Shown: positions 51,755 through 59,348 of the stretch, piece by piece
How positions within the stretch are numbered: the first letter of the stretch is position 1
How the letters are laid out: every line of letters begins with the position of its first letter
Assembly (NCBI GenBank): GCA_964607285.1
Contig: CAZSJW010000004.1
Coordinates: 7,063 to 71,062 of the forward strand
Reading direction: 5' to 3'
Source of the DNA: an uncultured Pseudomonadales bacterium
Lineage (GTDB): Bacteria; Patescibacteriota; Microgenomatia; UBA1400; PJMF01
DNA length: 64,000 nt
Notes under the pieces: generated by a model
Database searches by the model: none
What the model was told of the DNA's origin: nothing
What the model saw: only the letters and a program-made list of their open reading frames with translations
Made by a program: the position numbers and the translations under genes

Positions 51755-53788
51755 CTAGTCCAACTCCTGCCCGACCCAACCCTCCGGAATAACCCGTTCA
51801 AGCAATACAACTTCAGGATTATTCACCACTCGCAACCAATGTGGGATAGCTGACAACGTAGCTGAAAATGTGGCAGAGTTCATAAACACATCCTCCAAAA
51901 GCTCGCCCTTGCGCAACAACAGATGGGTGACTGTAAGGTCCTGTGCCAGCTCAGCCGATCTTGTGGGGTCCAAAGCAAGCATCCGATCAACAGCAACTTT
52001 TCGTGCCGCCGTATCTTGGTTATGGCTATCTAAAATTCCTACACCACCCAAGTACGTTCGCCGACCAGTAAAAAAGTATATGTAGGGAGTAACTTTTTCC
52101 AATACATGATTCGGGTGTGTTTGAAGGACCTCGCCAGCATACTGCCGATCAGCCATATATGTCAGTGCTTCCTCATGCGAAGCTGAAATGCTAAATCCAT
52201 CTGTTCCCCGTAAGTAGTTTTTAAAGTAAAAATACTGCATGAAACCCGTTTGCACCACTGTGACTGCCAACAACACGCCAACCCCAAACTGCACAAATCG
52301 CTGACCCCGCAGAGCTCCAAGCACTACAGCTGTAATTGGATTTAATATAGCAATCGCAACCACCATAAAGTTGAAGCTATTTGATCCACCAGAGGTTTGC
52401 AAAAAATTACTCCCAATGAGTGTGAAAACCAATGCTGGCACGAGGAGAAAAAGCAGTTCCTGTCCCGCTAGTTTCTGCCTCAATCGCGGAAATACTGCCA
52501 AAAAACCAAGTAGACGAAGATGGTAAATTGCAGCCGCAAAAATGCCAGCGGCTAATGAGTACCATACAACTAGCGCACGAGTATTTCCTGCAGCTTGGTA
52601 CACTTGCAACCTCAACCACCACTCATTCCAGTTGAGTTTTTGCACCCCAAGCAGTAGTTTTGGCCAGGTTAGAAAATCGAAAAACAAGCCACCTGCAGCA
52701 GCATTGGCTGGTAAATAAATGGCAGCACCCAAAACAGCAGTCACGACTCCCATAACTAAAAATGGTACAAGTGTCTTGCGCCATACAAATGGTTTTCGTA
52801 GTTCCAATGCTGCAGTCATCCCAGCAACTATCACCATCCCCAATCCAGCAGCTAAGCCAAAATACACCTTGAAACCTAACAAACATGCTGTGAGCACGCC
52901 GATGCAGAAGGCAGTCATCAAGCTCCGTTTCTGCCAAAACTCGTGCCATAGTAGTAGCACTGAAAAAAACACTAGTTTTGCAAATGCCTGCGGCGGATTG
53001 AGAAACTGCAGAACACCGTGATCTACAAATACCTCAAAAGGTTCTGGTGCGTTTCCACCCAGCACAATATCGATGAGCCAGGTCAGCTCGCCAGCGACAT
53101 AAAAAAGCACAAGCCCAAACACAACTGTGCGAGTATTTTTGCTCCAACCCTGTAGAAGAGCAGTCAGAACAAGCCCCATCCATGTTGCCAAAAAAAGTGG
53201 CACAAAGTGAAAATGCACGTGATTAAGTGGCAGTAGCCAAACGCGACTCAACTCCGCCACAACCAAGTTGGACAAATAATGGTAGTTGGTCACTACCATG
53301 CCAGCTGCACCTGGCTGATATGGAGGGACACTTTCTACCAAAGACCTACTTAATGAAAGATGGAAAATTCCGTCATAAATATTCACAAAGTAGTAGGTTG
53401 GACCAAGAGCTGTTCGCCAACCAGATCCCAACACCGGTACTAACTGCAAAAAAATTCCAAAAAAAAGCACTATCCAAACGACTCTCGGCCATTTTGGCGT
53501 CCAACGCAGTGGAAGTATCTCATGTCGCACTTTCCAGGCTAGAAAAGCAAATAGCAACAAAAGTGGGTACGTCATCCACCGCAGCTGCAACCATCCCAGC
53601 AAATACCCTTGCAATGCCCAGAAACAAATACCGAACACTGGTGCAAGCAAAAACTGGATTCGTTGGGAAAAACTTGTGTATCGTGCTAGTAACCAGCCAG
53701 GAACAAACCAAGAGATGCCGACTGCTACCAAAAACCAGATCAGCGATGCCCACCACTGCCACATCCAAATGCTATAAATCTCCCACAT
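51755..53788 (-). CDS. Polytopic membrane protein, putative GT-C glycosyltransferase
   Basis: YDGIFHLSL...PPYQPG...NYHYLSN loop, many TMs, FTGRRTYL C-domain. Confidence 0.6.
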   Translation of the reverse strand: MWEIYSIWMWQWWASLIWFLVAVGISWFVPGWLLARYTSFSQRIQFLLAPVFGICFWALQGYLLGWLQLRWMTYPLLLLFAFLAWKVRHEILPLRWTPKWPRVVWIVLFFGIFLQLVPVLGSGWRTALGPTYYFVNIYDGIFHLSLSRSLVESVPPYQPGAAGMVVTNYHYLSNLVVAELSRVWLLPLNHVHFHFVPLFLATWMGLVLTALLQGWSKNTRTVVFGLVLFYVAGELTWLIDIVLGGNAPEPFEVFVDHGVLQFLNPPQAFAKLVFFSVLLLWHEFWQKRSLMTAFCIGVLTACLLGFKVYFGLAAGLGMVIVAGMTAALELRKPFVWRKTLVPFLVMGVVTAVLGAAIYLPANAAAGGLFFDFLTWPKLLLGVQKLNWNEWWLRLQVYQAAGNTRALVVWYSLAAGIFAAAIYHLRLLGFLAVFPRLRQKLAGQELLFLLVPALVFTLIGSNFLQTSGGSNSFNFMVVAIAILNPITAVVLGALRGQRFVQFGVGVLLAVTVVQTGFMQYFYFKNYLRGTDGFSISASHEEALTYMADRQYAGEVLQTHPNHVLEKVTPYIYFFTGRRTYLGGVGILDSHNQDTAARKVAVDRMLALDPTRSAELAQDLTVTHLLLRKGELLEDVFMNSATFSATLSAIPHWLRVVNNPEVVLLERVIPEGWVGQELD

Positions 53789-53908
53789 GGATTGATTGTA
53801 TCATCAGGCTGACACACCTAAACGTACATATGGATCACTATTTGACTCACCTATTGTCTATACCGTATGCAATTTTTGTGCAGTTGTAGTAATCTTCTGC
53901 TTTTTCAA

Positions 53909-54480
53909 TTAATTCCGACCAAAAGCTGGTGAAAGCTTTACACAGAGATCGGCTTCTTCGTCTTTTTTATCAGTATCATCGATAGCCTCAGCCACTGCGC
54001 CCTCCAGGTTCAAATGTGTCGAAGAATCAATCACTATTCGTGTAGACTGATCAGATCCAATAACCAGTGCTGTTATTCCCTTTTCAGCGAGCAGATCCGT
54101 TGTACATTCAGGCATTTGCTCTTTACTAGCAACAGACCACTCATATAAAGCCCCTTCACCCCAACTTGGACTCATACCTGTGCCAATGCGTATACCCATA
54201 CCTTGCGTATCGTAGAAGATAGGACTAAACAATAAATACGTTATCCCATCCTGATGAATCACCATGCATCGCTCACCGCTTGCCCAACCCTGAGTATTTT
54301 GCTCACAAACATCAACAATCGCTTGCAATGTTATCACAGGTGGCAAGTTATCATACACAAAGGCGCTTGAATTCGGTGTGGTATTATATTTTCAACAAGC
54401 TCACAGCCTATAAGCGAGAGAGCCAGCAGACTGCGACCAACGAATCTCTTTGTTCTTGTGTATCGTTCATTCGATCTCAT
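53909..54480 (-). pseudogene. Lipoprotein-like hypothetical with a -1 frameshift near 54390
   Basis: ATG 54480 MRSNERYTRTKRFVGRSLLALSLIGC joins ORF 53909-54358 if one A is added to an A4 run. Confidence 0.55.
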
Positions 54481-54498
54481 AAGATTGTCATATACTTA

Positions 54499-55278
54499 TT
54501 ACTCCTCGAACTTTGCAAATATCTGCGCACAACTATTGCCCTTACATGCAATACAGGTGTGCGTGTAATTCGGCGATAGTATAGCAGCATGATGTACTCT
54601 AGAGCGCAACCACCAGCCAACTGCAGCTTCCTCAGTTCCAAAGTGGATCATGTTCTCCACAGCCTTATACGGTCTCTGACGAGCATAGAATCCAGCATGC
54701 ATGTTGTTAGTCACAAAGATCTCACTGTACAACTCAGGAGCACGCTCCTCAGCAGCCGAACACACCTTAGCACTAGCCAGCAACGCAGGAAGCTTGCGCT
54801 TAGCACGGTATGCATTGATCATTTCAAATAAGCGAGTAGGGTTTAAACCACTAATCAATTGACCAGCATCTGCCTGCTTCAGCTCGTTTGCAGCGTCAGT
54901 TTCAGCTGTCAGTGAACCTATGTGCTCATTGAAGAGAGCAGCAGTATTGTCAATAGTTTGGGCACCTGGAGCGGCCTCGGGGGCAACTTCTGGGATATCC
55001 ATAACAACAACTGGTTGCTTGTCTGTGTTTTTACTGACAGGGACAGCTGAAAAGCTAGCCATCTCAGTTTCAAAGATGTTGGCTGTATCACTTTGCTTAC
55101 AATCAGTTGAGACTGTGTTTGCGTCGGTGACACATGGCTGTGTAGCCTGTTTGAGATTTGCAACTCCCAAAGAAAGGCTGAGGGGAGCGGCGCTGACCGG
55201 TTGAGCGGTCTTGAGCAGTGTGACAGCAGCAATTGCCAAGGTGGCAAGAGTGCGTCGCACTGTGTTTTTTTGTTTCAT
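54499..55278 (-). CDS. Secreted CAP-domain protein
   Basis: Signal peptide to VSA-A, MINAYR, ENMI, WWLRSRVHHAAIL. Confidence 0.8.
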   Translation of the reverse strand: MKQKNTVRRTLATLAIAAVTLLKTAQPVSAAPLSLSLGVANLKQATQPCVTDANTVSTDCKQSDTANIFETEMASFSAVPVSKNTDKQPVVVMDIPEVAPEAAPGAQTIDNTAALFNEHIGSLTAETDAANELKQADAGQLISGLNPTRLFEMINAYRAKRKLPALLASAKVCSAAEERAPELYSEIFVTNNMHAGFYARQRPYKAVENMIHFGTEEAAVGWWLRSRVHHAAILSPNYTHTCIACKGNSCAQIFAKFEE

Positions 55279-55452
55279 AACGGTCGTTATTATATCATTA
55301 TAACGCTGAAATGTCAATGTTATGGGATGTTATTAAACAAATAATCAAACACTCTTTAAAATTCGAAAACACCTATTTTCTCTCTGGTGAAATGAGAATA
55401 TGTTGAAATGCAAAGTACAACCAGCACCTCACATCTGCGACCAATTTGGGTA

Positions 55453-55974
55453 TTAGTTTTCGATTGCTAGCCAGTTAGCGCCAAATGTTTTTCCATCGTT
55501 TGTTACTGCGCGAATCTGAACCCCACTAGATTCCATTAAAAAAATATAGTCATCAGGATCTGGCAAGTTTTGCTTGGTAAAAGATGTATGTACAATGACA
55601 CGTCTTCCATCAGGTAAATAAACATTGCCTATGTCTACTGCCACCATACAGGTTTCGACATTAGTATCACCTACTTTTTCTCGTGTGACTGTAATGCCTT
55701 CTACATCCAGATCGCCTGAAAGAATCAGTATGCATAAGTCTTCTATTCGTTCAAACTCAAACTTTTCTTCTACATTTACCAGACCGTTTCCTTGGATTTC
55801 CTGATCAACTGTACTATCAGCTTCCGCATTACCTCCAACGCAACCCACACCGAGCAGCAAAATTAAACACGCCGCCCAAGGTCTTAGTGATGTAAAAATG
55901 TCTCTAAGCGAACCGCGAAGCAGCTCTAGCTTGGGAACTCGCAATTGTTTTTTTTCTTGAGAATTTATTTGCAT
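55453..55974 (-). CDS. Hypothetical lipoprotein-like protein
   Basis: Hydrophobic stretch ending in GVGC; AAGGAG upstream. Confidence 0.6.
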   Translation of the reverse strand: MQINSQEKKQLRVPKLELLRGSLRDIFTSLRPWAACLILLLGVGCVGGNAEADSTVDQEIQGNGLVNVEEKFEFERIEDLCILILSGDLDVEGITVTREKVGDTNVETCMVAVDIGNVYLPDGRRVIVHTSFTKQNLPDPDDYIFLMESSGVQIRAVTNDGKTFGANWLAIEN

Positions 55975-56052
55975 ATCTCCTTTTAGGTGATTTTTGCGAA
56001 TTATAAGCCACTAATATACTGTTGGCAAGTTGCCAATGAAGTCAGCTTTCCC

Positions 56053-56080
56053 TTGCAAACCAAGCTTTTTCCGCTATACT
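56053..56080 (+). promoter_or_regulatory. Sigma70-type promoter of the tyr leader
   Basis: TTGCAA-16 nt-TATACT, 13 nt before the leader ATG. Confidence 0.7.
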
Positions 56081-56093
56081 TGTTTCGAACGAA

Positions 56094-56162
56094 ATGAAAA
56101 CCAAGCAACAAAACACCAGCTACTATTACACCTACTCCACACTCGTCGAGGCAGGTTTGTAA
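56094..56162 (+). CDS. Tyrosine-rich leader peptide MKTKQQNTSYYYTYSTLVEAGL
   Basis: 22-aa ORF with TAC TAT TAC ACC TAC (4 Tyr in 5 codons), between a promoter and a terminator, upstream of tyrA-tyrS. Confidence 0.85.
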   Translation: MKTKQQNTSYYYTYSTLVEAGL

Positions 56163-56187
56163 GTACGCTCCCTATATAGTAAATAAC

Positions 56188-56213
56188 AACCTCCGCCGAG
56201 ACGGGGGTTTTTT
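56188..56213 (+). terminator. Attenuator terminator of the tyr leader
   Basis: AACCTCCG-CCGAGA-CGGGGGTT followed by TTTT; the 5' arm can alternatively pair with GGCAGGTTTGT (56150-56160). Confidence 0.85.
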
Positions 56214-56245
56214 GCATCTCGAAAGTAATTCATACGAAAGCATCT

Positions 56246-57040
56246 ATGTCCAACACAAGTAAACACAACACCAGACTGGCAATTGTCGGCTTCGGTAAGT
56301 TTGGGCAACTTCTACATCACCTTTTTAGCCAAATACCATGGCTTGAGTTGGTAGTTGTTTCTGGCCAGAAGCTAAAACAACCGATTCACCAGATCTCCTA
56401 CTCAGAACTCGGTGCAGTTGACATTATCATACCCTGTGTGCCGATTCGAGCCTTTCGCCCGGTAGTTAAGCAAATTATGCCACACTGCAAACCTGGAGTA
56501 ACTATCCTTGATGTTTGCTCAGTCAAGGTTTTTCCTACGCAGATTCTCCTAGATCATGCAGCACTAGATACTTACCTTGTTACCTGCCACCCAATGTTCG
56601 GTTCGACAACGATTGCAGAACAAGGATCGGCTGAAGGGTTGCCAGTCACTATTTGGAATGTTCGCTCTTCCAAACATGCGTACTCCCAAGTTAAGCGAAT
56701 TTGGCAAGAACTGGCGGTGCGGCTAGTCGAAATCTCTCCAGAGGAGCACGACCAGCAAGCTGCGCGATCTCAGGCATATGCGCAGCTGATTGGCAAATTG
56801 GGAGCACGTATGCAGCTGAACGCTTCACCTCTGGACACAGTTTGGTTTACCCGGCTACTAGAAATTCAGTCTACAGTCGAGCAGAACACCCAAGAGCTAT
56901 TTATGGATACCCAGGTCTTTAACCCTTACGCCAAGCAGATGCGAGCAGAACTACAAACGAAGCTCGTGCAGCTCGAAACGGACATCCAAGCATTTGCCAC
57001 CACCCAAGTATCGAGTACAATACAGAAGGAGATCCTATGA
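56246..57040 (+). CDS. tyrA: Prephenate/arogenate dehydrogenase (TyrA family, monofunctional)
   Basis: IVGFGKFG Rossmann motif, LDVCSVK, CHPMFG, SPEEHD...SQ. Confidence 0.88.
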   Translation: MSNTSKHNTRLAIVGFGKFGQLLHHLFSQIPWLELVVVSGQKLKQPIHQISYSELGAVDIIIPCVPIRAFRPVVKQIMPHCKPGVTILDVCSVKVFPTQILLDHAALDTYLVTCHPMFGSTTIAEQGSAEGLPVTIWNVRSSKHAYSQVKRIWQELAVRLVEISPEEHDQQAARSQAYAQLIGKLGARMQLNASPLDTVWFTRLLEIQSTVEQNTQELFMDTQVFNPYAKQMRAELQTKLVQLETDIQAFATTQVSSTIQKEIL

Positions 57041-58941
57041 AATTCACAATATCCGAGTCAGTTTTTTCCCGTTTATCAAACTATACTGTTGGGGTGCTTA
57101 TTCTTGATGGGCTGAGTCAAAACGAGCATGATCAGGCTGCATTATCAGATTTGACGGCAAAACTGATCAACGAAGCCAAGCCACATTCATCAAGTGACGA
57201 ACGCATCACAGACTGGCAAACTGCTTTCAAAGCAGCTGGCGTATCTGGAGATGTCAAACCAGCCCATCAGACTCTACTCGAGCGTCTGCAGAAAACTGGC
57301 TCACTACCAAATGTTCTGCCGCTAGTAAATCTAACCAACGCACTTTCAGTCAAACATTTAGTCCCGATCGGAACACACACACTGGATATGCTCGATGGTG
57401 ACCTAGAGGCTCGACTCACTGAAAATTCGGATTCATTTATCCCCATAAACGCAACTCAAAGAGAGCAAATCCCTGCAGGCGAACTGGCTCTTACCTCCGA
57501 TAATACCATTTTAACCAGAAATCTAGTTTGGCGCCAAGGTGAGACTTCTAAAATCACCGACCACTCTCGATCTGTTGCTATACTTATTGATGCAGTCGGC
57601 TCACAGGCAGAAGAAGTAGTGCAAAAGGTTCTGAATGAGATCAAAACAGCAATTAGTGTTGTTTTTGGTATCACGGAAAGTAAGTCGTCTATTCTTTCCC
57701 TGTCAAACCCTGAGTTTTCCTGGACTGATACCAGCAATCCAGAGGAGAAAAAACAAAATCAAAAATTGCATTCCGTTCTCACCAGAGGAGTCTCCGAAGT
57801 TCTCCCCAGCAAAGATGGCCTGGCAGCCATCATGCATAAAAAGAAAATCCGAGTTTTCCTAGGCATTGACCCTACTGGCTCACTCCTAACCCTCGGCCAC
57901 AGCGTAGTTCTGCGTAAACTCCAGCAGTTTGCAGATCTGGGCCAGGAAGTAATCCTCCTCATCGGCAGCGGCACAGTCCGCATCGGTGACCCAACCGGCA
58001 AGGACTCCACCAGGCCAGAACTAACCGATGAGCAAATTCAAGCAAACTTCAAGAACTGGAAAGAGCAGGCCAGCAAGATCTTGGATTTCGACAAGATCAA
58101 AATAGTCTACAACGGTGACTGGCTTGATGAGCTCACCTACGCTGATCTGGTCAAGCTCATGGCAAAAACTACTGTTCAACAGCTTATCGAGCGAGATATG
58201 TTCCAAGATCGCCTCAAAAACGGCAAACCTATCTTTGGTCACGAGATCATGTACCCTTTACTCCAAGGCTACGACTCGGTACACATGGATGTAGACCTGG
58301 AAATTGGGGGTACTGACCAGACCTTCAACATGATGATGGGTCGCCACCTGCAAAAAGCCTACAACAACCACGAAAAATGGGTGCTAACTACCCCCATCAT
58401 CAACGGTACAGACGGCCGCAAGATGAGTAAGTCATACGGCAATTTTGTGGCAATCACAGAAGAGCCCAGGCAAATGTACGGCAAACTGATGTCGATTGCT
58501 GATGACATGATCCTAGAGTACTTCACACTTCTGACGGACACCCCAGAGACTGACCTTGCAACCATAGCGGCAAACATGGCTGCGGGGGACAATCCCATGG
58601 AGTTTAAAAAGCGCTTAGCCTTTACCATCACCGAGCAGTACCACACCACTGCTGCAGCAACCGACGCGGCTGAGTTTTTCACCAGCACTGTGCAAAATAA
58701 ATCAGTGCCAGATGATGTTCTAGAAGTACAGCTAGAGTCTTCAGATAAGACCGCTTTGGATGTGCTGAAACGGGCTGTTCCGGAGCGCAGTAATACTGAG
58801 TTACGACGGTTGGTAGAGCAGGGGGCTGTTACGATTTTGCCAGGTGATCAAAAAATTACGGACGCAACACAAGAGTTAGACATTGCGGATGGTACAGTCA
58901 TCAAAATTGGCAAGCGTAGGTTTGTCAAACTGCGTAAGTAA
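57037..58941 (+). CDS. tyrS: Tyrosyl-tRNA synthetase with N-terminal B3/4 (PheT-editing-like) domain
   Basis: aa 1-230 resemble standalone B3/4 proteins (W..AF..G, LP.V.PLVN..N..S....PIG, WRQ...KIT); then GIDPT..LTLGH, IGDPTGK, YPLLQGYD, GGTDQ, KMSKS and an S4-like tail. Confidence 0.93.
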   Translation: MKFTISESVFSRLSNYTVGVLILDGLSQNEHDQAALSDLTAKLINEAKPHSSSDERITDWQTAFKAAGVSGDVKPAHQTLLERLQKTGSLPNVLPLVNLTNALSVKHLVPIGTHTLDMLDGDLEARLTENSDSFIPINATQREQIPAGELALTSDNTILTRNLVWRQGETSKITDHSRSVAILIDAVGSQAEEVVQKVLNEIKTAISVVFGITESKSSILSLSNPEFSWTDTSNPEEKKQNQKLHSVLTRGVSEVLPSKDGLAAIMHKKKIRVFLGIDPTGSLLTLGHSVVLRKLQQFADLGQEVILLIGSGTVRIGDPTGKDSTRPELTDEQIQANFKNWKEQASKILDFDKIKIVYNGDWLDELTYADLVKLMAKTTVQQLIERDMFQDRLKNGKPIFGHEIMYPLLQGYDSVHMDVDLEIGGTDQTFNMMMGRHLQKAYNNHEKWVLTTPIINGTDGRKMSKSYGNFVAITEEPRQMYGKLMSIADDMILEYFTLLTDTPETDLATIAANMAAGDNPMEFKKRLAFTITEQYHTTAAATDAAEFFTSTVQNKSVPDDVLEVQLESSDKTALDVLKRAVPERSNTELRRLVEQGAVTILPGDQKITDATQELDIADGTVIKIGKRRFVKLRK

Positions 58942-58975
58942 GTTGTACAATGCGCTCAAACACACAAACAAATAT

Positions 58976-59080
58976 ATGAAAAAAAGATTTCGCAAAGGAT
59001 TACTCACTGCATTTGTTATTATTGCTATAGTTGGACTCGTTTTGAGTACTTTCCTTGGCAGCTTACTACTGTTAGTATAA
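58976..59080 (+). CDS. Small membrane protein (34 aa)
   Basis: MKKRFRK followed by a single TM helix; TACAAT upstream. Confidence 0.6.
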   Translation: MKKRFRKGLLTAFVIIAIVGLVLSTFLGSLLLLV

Positions 59081-59231
59081 TCACTTCGCCTAATACTATG
59101 GGCGGTTAGCAGAGCAAAGCTTTGTCTGCTAATTTTACCCCGTTTGATTTTTTCCCGCTATATCGATATATTTTGGTTCTGTTAAATATAGTCTGAATAA
59201 TATTGATTCCTTTGTGCGTAACAGATATAAC

Positions 59232-59328
59232 TCTTTTTCTGAGTGTGTCCTCGTGCGTCCCTGAAGGCCCACTGAGCATGATCGCAAATGTGGGGACTTC
59301 ATTCCACGAGGACTCACTCAGAAAAAGA
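59232..59328. repeat. Long intergenic inverted repeat / hairpin
   Basis: TCTTTTTCTGAGTGTGTCCTCGTG pairs with CACGAGGACTCACTCAGAAAAAGA (23/24); inner TGAAG/CTTCA and CCCAC/GTGGG stems. Confidence 0.85.
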
Positions 59329-59348
59329 AGCGAGGTATACTAATACAC

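Noticed and set aside
56081-56245. T-box riboswitch upstream of tyrA-tyrS
   Set aside because: The leader is too short for stem I and has no TGGNACC T-box bulge; a Tyr-rich ORF explains the structure better.
59232-59328. SRP (4.5S) RNA
   Set aside because: Size and rod shape fit, but the conserved CAGG/GGAA/AGCAG domain IV motif is absent on both strands.
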